DNA from: Basidiobolus meristosporus CBS 931.73
Taxonomy: Eukaryota > Fungi > Basidiobolomycota
Assembly (NCBI GenBank): GCA_002104905.1
Contig: MCFE01000133.1
Coordinates: 1-64,000 of the forward strand
Reading direction: 5' to 3'
Length of the DNA: 64,000 bases
Shown: one piece after another, positions 12,466 to 24,806 of the stretch
Layout: every line of letters starts with the position of its first letter
How positions within the stretch are numbered: the first letter of the stretch is position 1
Made by a program: the position numbers and the translations under genes
The notes under the pieces: model-generated
The model's database searches: none
What the model was told of the DNA's origin: nothing
Seen by the model: only the letters and a program-made list of their open reading frames with translations

Positions 12466-13821
12466 ATGCCTGCATTCAAATCTCTATCGAATTTCCTTCT
12501 TCTCCTTCTGCTTAATTTTACCAAAGCCGTGTTCGCAAAAGGTGGTGGCGGTGGTGGTAGAGGGGGTGGTGGTGGTGGTGGTGGTGGGAGTAGAGGAGGA
12601 AGCGGTGGGGGCGCCGGCTATGTTCCGGTAATTATTCCATATGGTGGTGTGGGTCACTCTGGCGGTTCAGGTTCAAGAACCTCCTCTTTTCCTTGGTGGG
12701 GGATACTCCTTATCGTCCTTGGATTTATAGGCTTAATCATTTTATGCTTCTACTGTCTTAGACGTTATAAAAAGACTAGAGCCTCCAACACAACACCAGC
12801 TACAACTCTCCCAATCCACGTCGATACCAGTATGATGACTGTTCCGCACCAACCCAACCAGTTCTCTGCTGTCAACAGCGCGAACATCTTACCAAATGAG
12901 CCACTACCTGTGTATAGCCCCGAAGCGAATATCAACGAGACAAACGCTCCTCCCTTGCCTCCTCCGGTGTATGCTAATGTTTCCCCTGATACTTCACCAA
13001 GCCATTGCTTCTCTACCAAGAATGCAACTGAGCAGCAATTTGAGGCAGGGTTGAAATTCAGTCGAGAATTCCCGCCTTCGGCCAACCCATTGAGTACAGA
13101 GGAGCTTAATTACTTAGGATTTTATAAGAGCTTGGCGCTTAACAACTGGCTAATTAATCCTATGCTTAACGAGTATGTTTCTACGACAACATACAACTCT
13201 CCTCAGTCGAAAGCCACTAAGGGACCGTCTGTTCCTCTTGTACGCTTCCATACCCGTGGCAACGACCTTTCCATTCAAACACAATTCCCACTCCCAGCGT
13301 CTCTTTCCGACTCGGCTCTACAGGACACCATTTGCAGTAATCCCGAGACTTGTCCACTGGAAAGCATCACATCGATCTCATATTTCGAAGTGACGGTTGT
13401 AGACAAGCCAGACCCAAATGTCATCATTGCCATCGGCCTGGCGACCAGGCCCTATCCATATTTCAGGCTCCCGGGATGGAACATTTACAGTGTTGGATAT
13501 CACTCGGACGACGGTCGAAAATATGTTGACGACGGGTACGGTGGTCGCGATTACTCTGCTCCTTTCGGTGTGGGTGATGTCATTGGCTGCGGTTACGATC
13601 GTTCATCCGGCAGTGTCTTCTTTACCCGCAATGGCGTGAACCTTGGCATTGCACGTCAAGGTATGTGGCATCTCGTCTTTCCTACTTTGGGAGCAGACGG
13701 TGATGTAAGCGTTCAAGTCAACTTCGGCGAGAGCTCCTTTAAATATTTTCCAACAGTTGGTGCCAGTGGAAGCCACTCGGCTAGTGTAAAGTTTCCGGAC
13801 CATAGAGACTACATGAACTAG
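12466..13821 (+). CDS. Ssh4/Ear1-like single-pass membrane SPRY-domain protein (putative Rsp5/Nedd4 adaptor)
   Basis: ATG at 12466; signal peptide, Gly-rich segment, TM WWGILLIVLGFIGLIILCFYCL, PY motifs LPVY and PPVY, SPRY motifs YFEVTV, LPGWNIYSVGYHSDDG, GDVIGCGYD. Confidence 0.85.
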   Translation: MPAFKSLSNFLLLLLLNFTKAVFAKGGGGGGRGGGGGGGGGSRGGSGGGAGYVPVIIPYGGVGHSGGSGSRTSSFPWWGILLIVLGFIGLIILCFYCLRRYKKTRASNTTPATTLPIHVDTSMMTVPHQPNQFSAVNSANILPNEPLPVYSPEANINETNAPPLPPPVYANVSPDTSPSHCFSTKNATEQQFEAGLKFSREFPPSANPLSTEELNYLGFYKSLALNNWLINPMLNEYVSTTTYNSPQSKATKGPSVPLVRFHTRGNDLSIQTQFPLPASLSDSALQDTICSNPETCPLESITSISYFEVTVVDKPDPNVIIAIGLATRPYPYFRLPGWNIYSVGYHSDDGRKYVDDGYGGRDYSAPFGVGDVIGCGYDRSSGSVFFTRNGVNLGIARQGMWHLVFPTLGADGDVSVQVNFGESSFKYFPTVGASGSHSASVKFPDHRDYMN

Positions 13822-13939
13822 GCCAGCTAGTGTATATTCGCATTTACCAGCAAGCAAGCAATGTATATAGCCATTAAACCATATATAATTTGTAATAGCT
13901 GAGTCGAGTAATAAATAAATTTTATGTTGATAATGCAAT

Positions 13940-15391
13940 CTAAATGAGTGGGACACGACGGCCATACGATCTTTTGGACGCAGTGGATGCGCCTTGGCTA
14001 GCGCGAGCCTTTGATACGCTTGATACATCATGAGAGTAGACGGCAACCGCATGGGCAATGCTACGAGCATTGATCAGAAATGCGCCATGTGCGAGATTAG
14101 CAGTGGTATCGCACGCCAAATGGTAGCACTGATCTAAGGCTTCTCCGGCCTTGCCACCGAATTTTTCTGCTTGCTCCTCAGTTTTGATTTCGTCGGCTCC
14201 AGTATCCAGGCCACCCGATGGGATACCTACTTCAGCAAATGGGCCCACGTCTGTGCGGCTGTAAGGAACAACGCTGCTTTCATAGACGATATCCTTCGCC
14301 TTGAAATGATCCTCAAAGAGCTTCGTGATGACTTCGGAGCCAGCAGGGACTGGTTCGCCACTCGAATCACCATTGTATGTACGAATGATATAGTTGGGAG
14401 AAGCAAGCATGTCGAAGTTCAGGATCACTGCTATATTGTCAACATCGGTGTGTGTCAAGCTCTTCACATAATGCTCGGAGCCTAGTAGTCCAAACTCCTC
14501 CGATGACCACCAGCCAAACCGGACCTTGTTCTTGGGCCGAATGTGACGAAACTGATAAGCAATTTCAAGAAGTGCTGAGCTACCGGAGCCATTATCATTG
14601 ATTCCCGGACCAGCCCGCACAGAGTCAGTATGAGCCCCAAGCATGATCACATTCTTCGGGTCTCCACCCTTGGTTTCGGCAATGATGTTATATGTTTTCC
14701 GATTCTCCCGTAGCTCAACGAGATTCAGCGTAGCGACTACTTCCCCCTTCTTCAGCAGCTCGATCAACTCTTTGCCCGACTCCTGGCTAATACCACCAGT
14801 CGGGATTGTGGAGGTTCCTTCCGCCCCCAAGGTTCCTTTCAGGCTGCCTGGGGAGTTGTTGTAGATGATGGTGGCCACTGCCCCATACTTGCTTGCGTTT
14901 ACTGACTTGTCGTTGAACGCGCAACCACCGCGCTCGATGAGTGCGATTTTCCCCTTAAGCTCAACTCCCGAGAATTCCTCGGCCGTACAACCGTCTCCGG
15001 TCACCCCTTGGACCAGAACTACTGGCGCGGTGAGCCCACTCTCTGGAGTGGACGCTGTGAGTGTCATGGCCCCGATTTCGTACTCCTTACCGTTAGCACT
15101 CAACTTCTCTGTTTTGGTTTCTGAGTAGGGGGCGCTAAATTCCTGAAGGGTGACCTCATACCCGGACCGTTCAACAATGCTGCGAATGTAGTCGAGTGTA
15201 AGTTGGTGTCCCTCTGAGCCAAACACCCTGGTGCCGTTGTGCTGAGTCGCAAATTTCTGGAGATTGTCTGTATGTCTCAGAAGGCCTTTAAGGGTGATTC
15301 TGTGCTGTAGCCACTCGGAACGCAAACCCTCATATTGAAGGGCAGCAGCGGCGGTAGCAGCGAGGGTGAGAATTGCGATGGAAGCTTTCAT
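13940..15391 (-). CDS. Secreted M28 aminopeptidase with PA domain (aminopeptidase Y/LAP2-like)
   Basis: Signal peptide MKASIAILTLAATAAAA; Zn-binding motifs GAHTDSV, GINDNGSG, EEFGLLGS, NFDM, CYH. Intronless. Confidence 0.93.
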   Translation of the reverse strand: MKASIAILTLAATAAAALQYEGLRSEWLQHRITLKGLLRHTDNLQKFATQHNGTRVFGSEGHQLTLDYIRSIVERSGYEVTLQEFSAPYSETKTEKLSANGKEYEIGAMTLTASTPESGLTAPVVLVQGVTGDGCTAEEFSGVELKGKIALIERGGCAFNDKSVNASKYGAVATIIYNNSPGSLKGTLGAEGTSTIPTGGISQESGKELIELLKKGEVVATLNLVELRENRKTYNIIAETKGGDPKNVIMLGAHTDSVRAGPGINDNGSGSSALLEIAYQFRHIRPKNKVRFGWWSSEEFGLLGSEHYVKSLTHTDVDNIAVILNFDMLASPNYIIRTYNGDSSGEPVPAGSEVITKLFEDHFKAKDIVYESSVVPYSRTDVGPFAEVGIPSGGLDTGADEIKTEEQAEKFGGKAGEALDQCYHLACDTTANLAHGAFLINARSIAHAVAVYSHDVSSVSKARASQGASTASKRSYGRRVPLI

Positions 15392-15800
15392 AGTTGAACA
15401 GCACATAACCACCAATATCGCTTTATATTCTCTGGCCTCGTGCTTACGATACGTAAACGTTTTCGGATAAATTTAAGAAGCGAATACTATGATGGTGGAT
15501 ACATATCAGGTGATCGTCCATGGCCATATGAACATCACTAATGAAGAAACACAACATATATAGGGCAGGGCTTGGGTAGTACAGTTGGCCGTTTGATTAG
15601 GTAATATGGACCTTGGTCAAGTGGTGCTAAAGGCTCATATCCTGACCTTCGCATTCCACTTCTCTACCAATACGCCCAATTGCACGACTCCAGGGATTTG
15701 GTTTTGTGACAGTTCATCATATCATACACTTTATGTAATTTAGAATAAATATGGTGTACACAGGGTAAAGAGCAATAGACGGGATGGAACTGTACTAGGC

Positions 15801-17365
15801 CTAATAGTACCTGCTTTGGATGTCTTTTATCATACCTGTGATCTTTTGCGAAGCATTTTGTGCAGCATCTCGAACAGAGGCTAGATCAGCTTGGCTGACG
15901 AAGCGTTGAGCGTATTCTTTTGCTGTCCCTTCGATTCCTCCTAGGTTGATGTTGTACCCTCCTGGATCATATGGTTAGTCTCCGAGAAGATGGAATCCAG
16001 ATGGACAGCGACTTGCCTGGTTGGTCATTGTTGGCCTCTTCGTCTCTTCCAAAGTACTGTGCGCTACTAATGCTGGAGGCACCATCAAACTCTCGCAATC
16101 TGGTGCGCTGTTCAGACAGATGCTGTGGATCGTAAGCATCTCTACCAAAGTACATATCTGAGGAGATTGCTTTTTGGCTTGAAAATGTATCCCTTGCATA
16201 ATGAGAATCTTCAAGTAAACGAACCATTAGCTCATGTATGTGGGCCACTCGGATCAAAGAGATTACCATCATCTTCAGTAGTTGATTTGCTCGTGTTGCT
16301 AGGTTTCTTGGAGTCTCGAGGGCCAGTGGCTCCAAATCCCAGCCTGCTGACGCCCATCCCCAATCTTTCCACATTCTGAGTATTTCCTTGCTGTAGATGG
16401 CTTGGGGTTTCAAAGGAGCTCTTTCTTGGTGGAGAATGATCTTTAGTCATATTCACTGAATCATCTGCATCGTCAAAGAGGCTCTGGGTTAATGCCAGCT
16501 TCTTTTCCTCCTCAATTGCTCTACGCTCCGCCGCTTCGAAATCTATCCCCCCTTTCTTAGCCCCTAGTTTACTTGCGCCAAGCTTACTCGCCCCCAATCC
16601 ACCTTTACGAGCGCCACCTATTCCCTTACTTCTTAAATTAGTTCGTGAAGTTGTGCGCCCGCTTGTCGGTGAGGTTGTCGGGGAAGTAGGAGAGTCAAGA
16701 TCTGGAGTCGCACCGGAACCTACATTTCCAGGGAGGGACTTTGCACCAGTGTCTTCACTTAAAATCACTCGGTCAGGGAATCTGCAAGAGATTTCGAGCC
16801 GTCAATGTGAGGGACTAGATGTACCACCGGAGAGTCAAACTTTACCTTTTAGCATCTTCCTTCGCGTTCATCAGAATCTTGTCTTTGTAGCTAACGGCAG
16901 CACGACTGGTGTATTTACTTTTCGCATCTTTGAACTTGTCGCTACCACCGTGGGATCGAAAGTACTCCCTTGCTTGGGTGTTTCCGCCAACTTTCATCAT
17001 TCGAAGTTGCTCCCAGGTCCACGAGTCCAGCGTTGTCGATCTGATATCCACATAGCGTAGAGATTGATTACTGCCGTGATATAGAAGGATTCAACTGCGT
17101 TTGGAACCTACCTGACAAAACTCAAGTGAACGCCCAGGTTTCTATGAACCGAGGAACAATCCAGGCAAATATAGATGCCATAGGTAATGGAGGCCCATAC
17201 TGGGTTGTTGGCCTGGCAATCGAAGCAGAGCTAACAGAGTGCGGTAAGAATTGCTGACAAGCAGTTGATTCAAAGGAGACAGAACGGGGAAGGTACCTTG
17301 TTTTCTCGTCGAGATAAGAGTTTTTTGAAGATTTCCTGGGTTTCTTCTTTGGTAGGCTCACTCAT
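15801..17365 (-). CDS. GLO3: ArfGAP, Glo3/ArfGAP2-3 family (multi-exon)
   Basis: Spliced exons give CFDC...[36 protein letters not shown], the Glo3 motif [19 protein letters not shown], and a C-terminal DIQSRYY*. One intron is GC-AG (15962-16016). Confidence 0.93.
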
Positions 17366-18016
17366 AAATGCTCCTGGTTACAGATATGTGGGTAGTCGAG
17401 GGTTGTACAAGGTTGTTCTTGGGATATGCGCAGAAGTTTTGGTAAGGATCTTCTGCTGCAAATAGGCTAGCGGAAAAGCAGAAGGCCAGGATTGAAGCGA
17501 GGTTGGCTTGGGGAAAGTTGGAGATACGTAAAGGATGGCTTAGGGGAAATTGGAAATTCGTGCGTTTAATACAAGTGACTGGGTTAGGTTTAGACTGTTC
17601 AGCGGATATCGTATGAAGCCTGGCCAATCAGGCACGGTATACGACGAAAGCAGATATATTTGTCAGACTTCTTTCCTTATAAGCCAATTACCGCGGATTC
17701 CCATTAACAATGCCTGGTTGCGTAGCGTTCATCGAGGGAGTGGGAGACTGACCAGGGCCAGGGCGGCAGTGGCTTGTGGGATTCTCAAATTTCCCTGATT
17801 TGACAATTATTATGGATTCAGTAGTTTAGCTGTGGGTGGCACCCAACCATTGGGTTTATTTATACATGTCTATATGCACATATTCATTTGAATTTCCTTG
17901 AATGGAGGTCAATTAGATTTTCCGTCCAAGACCCAGATTCGCCCCTTGTCGAGCAACAAAATATAAAAGCTGGCCTTGACCAAAGTTCCGCCCAACCATT
18001 TCCATCAACCACAACA

Positions 18017-19176
18017 ATGCCCGTTCAAGAAAAATTGATCTCCAGCGAAGACAAGGTGTATGAATACACCTTGACCAATCAGAGCGGGGACCTCACCGTG
18101 AAGCTATTGAACTTCGGCGCGACGGTGACCCACCTACTGTTCAAAGATACACAGGGCGTGTCAAGAGACCTGTTGCTTGGCTTCGATACCTATGAAGAAT
18201 ACCTCAAGGTCAGAAAAGATGGCACCAACCCCTACTTCGGCTGTGTCGTCGGACGTACTGCTGGAAGGTAATCGATGGTCCAGTTCCCGATACTCTGTAT
18301 TTCCTACTAATCGGACCACTATGTAGAATGGTAAACGCCAAGTTCACCCTCAACCAGAAGGAATATAGATTGAGCGCCAACGAGGCCCCCAACCACCTGC
18401 ACGGTGGTGCGGTGGGTTTTGACTCGAAGGTGTGGGAGAGCAGAATTATCAGCGAGAGTCCCGCCTGTGTGGAGTTCAAACACCTCTCTGTCGATGGGGA
18501 GGAGGGCTATCCCGGGAACTTTGAGATCAAGATTCGCTATACTGTGACCGAGGAGAATGAGCTGAAGCTGGATTATGACGGTGGCTTAACTTCCGACAAC
18601 CCAGAGGATCAAATGACCCTCGCTAGCTTGACCAACCACATGTACTTCAATTTGAGCGGATGCGAACTGGAGTCAACTGTGAGCAACCATACACTCCATT
18701 CCGATTGTAAATATGTGTTAGAGCTGGGAGATGATCTACTGCCCACTGGTGCGCTTCTGCCCGTCGATGCCATTCAAGGGCTGGATTTCTCGAAGGAATC
18801 CAGAATGGGTGATAACATGGAGCTCCTGCCACAAAAGGGCTTCGACCACGTATTCGTCCTCAAGAAGCCGGAGGATCTCAACAACAATCTGGAATACGCA
18901 GCAAGAGTGAAGTCCGTGAAGACCGGCATATCGGTTGTCATGCATACAACTGAGCCTTCCTTTGTGCTGTACTCCTCCAACTTCTTGGACGGAACCTTGC
19001 CAGCCAAGAAATCCACCCAGCCCAAGGCCGGTTCCTACCAAAAGTACGGCGGCCTTTGCTTGGAAGGCTGCAGATACCCCAATGCCATCAACCAACCAGC
19101 CTGGCAACCACAGGTGATTCTTCGTAAGCAAGATCGCTACCACCAGTCCACCATTTACAAATTCGATCGTAACTAG
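18017..19176 (+). CDS. Aldose 1-epimerase (galactose mutarotase)
   Basis: Exons 18017-18267 and 18327-19176. Motifs NFGAT, GRTAGR, NHLHGG, GYPG, TNHMYFNL, GFDH, GLCLE. Confidence 0.93.
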
Positions 19177-19291
19177 ATCCACTCCGTTTTGTCCTCATGT
19201 ACATTATCACGCAACACAATAAACACCCATTTTGTTGAACCATATCACATGGGAATAAGCGTCTTTAATGTATCCGTTATTACGAAACCAC

Positions 19292-20370
19292 TCATCCCTC
19301 GTCGCTCGATTCGATCTCTGATTCGTCTGTACACACCAGTTCGTCTTTGGGTTTAGCTTTCTTCTCCTCCGGGATGATTTCCGCCTCAACCAACTAGGAA
19401 AGAGCAAAGAGAGTTAGCGTAGTTCACAAGGGGGGCATGAGGCTAGTTACCATCGGTGGAGTGGCGGTCACGGGACCAAACGGAGGCGGCAGATTCATTT
19501 TGTTCATTAGATGTAGGACTTGAGTGTAGAGCTTAGGCACGGCGACTATAGCGTTCATGATGTTTTTCAACGTGTCGACGGTTGGTGGTGGGTATCGATA
19601 GTACAGGTTTGGCTGTGACGGATAGTTGATGCTAGGGGAGGGTCTTGATTAGACGGCGCTAGTCTGTGCTTACATAACCGAGAGGCTCTTACCCAAGCTC
19701 AGGGGCGATAGGCTCCGCTTCCATCTCCGTGAGCCCCGATCGTTCTGCCGGGGCGTGGCCGTGGCCGAGCGGGTTGGGGTTGACAGCGGAGTAAGAGGAA
19801 CCGCTTGATATCGAGGAAGGGATTAAAGGCTGGTTGGCATGAGATAGACAAAAAGAAGGGAACCTGGGCTGTTCGGTAGGGTTCGTGGTTTCCCCACTGT
19901 GTCCATATGGATGCGGGTTAGGAATGTCAGGTGTGTGGCTGGTGTTTTCGAGCTTTGATTTGTTCGGTAGGGCGTATTCGACGCGTAATTTGTTTCCGTG
20001 AAAATCTAGCTGCTGCAGTCGACCAAACGCCAGTGCCGCGGTGTTTCGGTCAGGGAAATCCACGAACGCTGTGTTTTTCTGGAGAGGATATCCTTAGGGC
20101 CAGCGCTGGTGTGAAAATACCAAACCGCCTCGAAGACCTGACTTACCATTTTGTTGGTCTCCATGGGTCTCACTTGGAGCGCACCAAAGTGTTGGAAAAA
20201 GGAATCCACATCTTTCCTCCCCAAATCTGGTAGATTCTTGATGATAAGCGTGGTAACTTCCTAAATTCCAAGGGTGAGCATGAGGGTATGGGCTAGGTAA
20301 CGAAGCAAAGGATTACTTGGGAAAGAAAGTTGACAGGCTGAGGGGTTTCTATGTTAAGGTTGGTGAACAT
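19292..20370 (-). CDS. RNPC3: U11/U12 65K protein (minor spliceosome), 278 aa, ending before the C-terminal RRM
   Basis: Five exons (20370-20317, 20260-20147, 20078-19693, 19631-19451, 19393-19292). RRM1 TLIIKNLP...TAFVDF...LRVEYA; signature YPPP...NI..A...VPKLYTQVLHLMNKMNLPPPF; acidic ESEIESSDE, then stop. Confidence 0.85.
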
Positions 20371-20592
20371 TAAAACAACTCAAGAATGAAATCCACATGG
20401 TAAATTGGTGATCCATATGGGTGGACAGCCTAATCTGATCGATCTCCGTAAAAAATCCAAGGCCAGAGGGGATTGATGGTCCTCCGAAATGATGCGGGAA
20501 ATATCTAAAAAAAAGAAAAAAACTTGGTGTTATAGGTGGATTGGATTAGAGGGTCACGAAGTTATTCTTTGAACAGAGAGCACTATACCAAC

Positions 20593-23500
20593 ATGCCACC
20601 AACAAATAGAGGCGGACGTAGAATGGGGGGTGCTAGAAAAAAAAACACCACCAAAATGCCGCTGGCTCTGGTGAATGAGATGAGCACACAAGGTAGCTTA
20701 CGACTTAACTTTACACCTAACCAAATGCAGTCACGCCTAACACCCAGCTGCCCTCCAACCCTTTCCAGAGCAGACGGATGACCGTGATTTCAGCAAGAAG
20801 TTCAAGAACAGAGCTCAATCGCGTAAAGACAAACGTAAACAAGATCGGTTGATGAAAAAGCGCCAGAGAGCTCCCAGACCCAAAATGGTACTCGCCATTT
20901 AAGGCTCTATTCCAGAGTTGGAAAGCTAAGCCAATCCTCTTATGTGAAACAGGAAAAAGAGCCTCCCATGAAACGTCAGAAGGTGACTCCTCCCGAAGAG
21001 AAGAAGCCCTCAACCAAACCCGAAGGAAAGATGAACAACCCGCTGGAGAAATTGTCCAAATCCAACCCAAACTTCTATAAACTGTTGCAAAGTTCGAATT
21101 TGGTGGAGGGGACCGAAGGAACTGGCTCCTTCGACGTTGACGAGTTGGAGTTGAGACGCTTCGAAAGCAAGTTAGGAATCAAGAAGGGCGGGAAGCTTAA
21201 GCAAAGCTTCGTAGAGGATGGCCTTGATTGTTAGTGCAGAGATTTGATAGACTTCATGGGGTTTTCTGTCATGCTAACCATTGAATTCTTCAACCCAGTT
21301 CTGCTCGACGGACTTAAGGTCGGATCAAGCAGACTTCTATCCAAGTCGAAAAAGGGACAAGACCCTTCGGAGGATAAGGTAACATGGATAATTCTGGGAG
21401 ACTTCTGCTATAGCATGGCTCAACGGTTACTACTAGGATGAAGAATCTCCGCAAGAGAGCGAGGAGGATACGGGCTCTGAGGATGGTACGTCATGTCGGT
21501 ATGTGAGTTGGTATATCAGAGTATTTAGAAATCATACGTTAGATTTGGAGGAGGACGTCGAGCTAAGTGAGGATGAGGAAGAGTTGAGTGAGGGCGAGGA
21601 AGAGATGAGCGAGATAGAGGAGGAGTTGACCGAAGGTGAGGAAGAAGAGGAGTTGAGTGAAGACGAGGAAGAAGAGGAGTTGAGTGAAGACGAGGAAGAA
21701 GAGCAGTTGAGTGAAGAAGACGACCAGAAAGAAATGGGAGAAGATAGCGAAGAGGAGGAGGAGGAGGAGGAGGAGACAGATGCCACGAAAGATACAAAAC
21801 CACAAGATGGAGCAGGTACGCAGCGAGTACCTAGTGTGCCACGAGATACAAGACGATTAACATATAGTCTTCAGTAAAATACATTCCTCCGCATTTGAGA
21901 AATCTCCAAAAGGATGCCGGGAAATCGGAACAACAGATTCGACTTCAAAGGCAACTTCAAGGTCTCATCAACAAGTAAGTGAGCGAGCTTGCAGCGGATC
22001 TCCCGGACTCCACTGACAAACCTATTCAGGCTGAGTGAGACCAATATGGAGGCCATCCTTAGCGACATCGAAGAGCTCTACCGTAAATACAGCCGTAACG
22101 GTAAGGAGAAATGACCGCCTCTTGGTGACGACCACTGAATTAATCGAATTGTATCAGACGTTACCACCACCATCACCAACTTGGTGCTCAATGCTATTTC
22201 CACCAAAGCCAACCTGATCGACTCGTATTTGATCATCAATGCTGGCTTGGTTTGCTCGTTGTACCGTATCATCGGTGTCGAAGCCGGTACGTTTCTGGTC
22301 TACCGACGAGACGGCGTACATGTTCTAATCGAGATTTCATATCAGGTGCTCACTTTGTGCAGACATTGGTGGAGTCGTTCGAGGAGCATCACAAAAAATA
22401 CTCTCAGATGGCCCGTGGTAGCCAAGACGACGACGAAGCATTCGGAAAAGAATGTAACAACCTGATTATGCTTGTCGCCGAGCTGTACAACTTCCAAGTG
22501 ATCTCGAACGTCCTTGTTTACGATCTTATCAAGCTGCTCATCCAAGACCTGAACGAGCTGAATGTAGAGCTTCTCCTTAAACTACTCAAAGGTTTGTCTT
22601 GAGCCGCATTGCACGTAGCGCTTCCGACCATTAATTTCAGCATGTTTCCAGCCGCTGGTTTCCAGCTAAGACAAGAAAACCCCGCCTCGTTCAAAGAGGT
22701 CATCCTGCTGATCCAGGCGGATGTCGCCAAGCGAAATGCGGCCACCATGGGGTAAATGCTTGATCGCGAGTCCTACTCCTCGGCCATCACTCACCAACCT
22801 CTCCATAGCTCGCGACTCAAGTTCATGATTGAAACCATGACAAATCTGAAGAACAACCGAACTAAGAGCAGCAACCTCAACACGGAGAATGTCGTGCGCA
22901 TGAAGAAGTTCTTGAACAACCTCAGCAAGAAGCGCCATGGTACGAATCGCTTGAAGCATGTTGATCAAACGTATGCTAAACCGCTCCCCTGTAGTCTTTG
23001 GCTCCGAACCTCTTGGTGTTAGCTTGGATGACATCCACTCCATCCATACCAAAGGTAACGTTTGACAGAACCCCCGGCTTGAATAGCCCAAGGCTCACTC
23101 GTTTGTAGGAAAATGGTGGCTCGTCGGATCTTCTTGGGCTGGCCACGGCGAGGAGCTCGCAGAAGCAGCCAAGAAAATCCAGAAGGATGAAGCCAACGAA
23201 AAGTTATTGGAGTTGGCGCGCAAGCAAAACATGAACACAGATGTTCGTCGAAGCGTGTTCATCATCCTGATGACCAGTGATGTAAGTAAACTCTGGCAGC
23301 ACCCGAAGGATAGTGTTGAGGCTAACTCCGTCGGTAGGATTATGTGGACGCGTTCGAAAGATTACTGAAACTAGGACTGAAGGAGGTCCAGGAGCGAGAG
23401 ATTGTTCGCGTGCTGGTCCAGTGTAGTGGAAATGTATGGCCAAGTAGATGAATGGTTTGCTCGCTTCACGACACTAACCTGTTTCCGCAGGAACAAACAT

Positions 23501-24110
23501 ACAATCCATACTACTCGTTGGTGGGGCAGAAGTTCTGTTCGTTGAAGCATAGCTTCAAGGTCACCTTCCAATACTCCCTGTGGGACTTCATGAGAGAGAT
23601 GGGCGAGTCTGACGTGGGTGGCATGGAGATGTTGAAATCAACCTCAGCACCGTCATTGGACAGCAATAGTCAAGTGCCTCTACGAAGGGTGGTGAATCTT
23701 GCCAGAATGTTTGCTTTCCTATTAGCCGATGGCTCTCTCTCCTTGATGATTCTCAAGGTACATCCAAGTGTTTGTGTTCAGCGTGAGCACCGACTAACGT
23801 CTCTCTGATATAGACTGTGTCTTTCACAAAACTGAAGCCACGTACCCGAGTTTTCTTCCAGATGCTGTTCTCTCACCTGATTATCACTTCTCAGTCTGGC
23901 CCTAAGAGAGACATCAATGAGCTTGCCAGCATTTTTGCCAAGGTCACGCCTATCCCCACATTGGCCCAAGGGGTCCTATTCTTCCTTCAAACTTTTGTGA
24001 AGCGCGGCGAGCTTATCAAGGATGAAGGTGAAAAGGAACTGGTCAAATGGGGCTGCAAGGTCGCGAAACAAGTGATTCAAGGCAAACTGGGCGGCACGAG
24101 CATGTACTAA
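20593..24110 (+). CDS. SGD1: Nucleolar MIF4G/MA3 protein SGD1/NOM1 (multi-exon)
   Basis: N-terminal SRKDKRK basic region and a long acidic tract. MIF4G region LVAELYNFQVI...VELLLKLL, SRLKFMIETMTNLKNN; MA3 region MNTDVRRSVF, EQTYNPYY. Confidence 0.9.
21545..21780 (+). repeat. Coding tandem repeat (~27-nt unit, EEEELSEDE) in the SGD1 acidic tract
   Basis: gaggaagaagaggagttgagtgaagac repeated near-perfectly about 3 times, with degenerate copies on both sides. Confidence 0.85.
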
Positions 24111-24225
24111 TATACCCCAACCCCGTCTGAAATAGAACCCGATGTAGAATAAATAGTTTGATATTTAGTTTTGTTTATTTCTTTTCTAATGGAGAATAAA
24201 GGAAAGACTTGGAGCAGCGTCCCAC

Positions 24226-24546
24226 CTAGAAGTCCGTCACTCGGCCTTTTCTCTCCCAATCCCCGAACCGAGTTGGCTCCTTGCCCCTTGGTCCCCCGAT
24301 TTCCCCGGTTTCGGGATTGGTGTCGTTCTCGAATGGAGCCAAGACATCCTCTTCTACCACCTCTGGCATCACCGCATCCGCGATGCTTCTCTGCCGGATG
24401 GTCTCCTCGATCTCTTTCTGCTGCTTCTTGTCCCCCAAAGGCAGTGGGCCTGGGCGTTCCGAGACGCCGGTGGAAAAGAGACGTGCGAAGCGTATACCCG
24501 AATAGGCTACGGGAGTGGTTGCTCTACTACGAAGTGGAAGGAACAT
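24226..24546 (-). CDS. SDHAF4: Succinate dehydrogenase assembly factor 4 (Sdh8, DUF1674)
   Basis: Mitochondrial-type presequence and the C-terminal signature [26 protein letters not shown]. Confidence 0.93.
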   Translation of the reverse strand: MFLPLRSRATTPVAYSGIRFARLFSTGVSERPGPLPLGDKKQQKEIEETIRQRSIADAVMPEVVEEDVLAPFENDTNPETGEIGGPRGKEPTRFGDWERKGRVTDF

Positions 24547-24806
24547 GAGGAACGAGAAAATTTCTGACCATTTTCAGCCGTTCCATCGTTGACGACATGG
24601 TTACACTTGCAAATCTCCACCAAAATAATTAACCACTTTCCTCCCGAAAAAATCCATATTAATCAGGTTTGATACGGTTAAATGACAGGGCTATATTGTC
24701 TAAGGTGAGATTATGTAGATTTTTGACTAAATCGAGGGAATATCGAGGGAATATTAATGCCAATGCGATGTGGAGAGACAGGTAAATATGGAAATTCTAG
24801 GGATAT

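Noticed and set aside
15608-15680. tRNA-like A-box (TGGTCAAGTGG)
   Set aside because: No B-box (GTTCRA) and no acceptor-stem pairing; no tRNA gene is supportable here or elsewhere in the window.
20262-20316. RNPC3 intron 1 donor GTAATCCTTT resembles the U12 consensus GTATCCTTT
   Set aside because: The extra A makes it an ordinary GTAA U2 donor, and there is no TCCTTAAC branch site.
24732-24755. tcgagggaata x2, and gttgaaagtagcagg x2 at ~26467/26501
   Set aside because: Very short two-copy repeats in UTR or intergenic DNA with no evidence of function.
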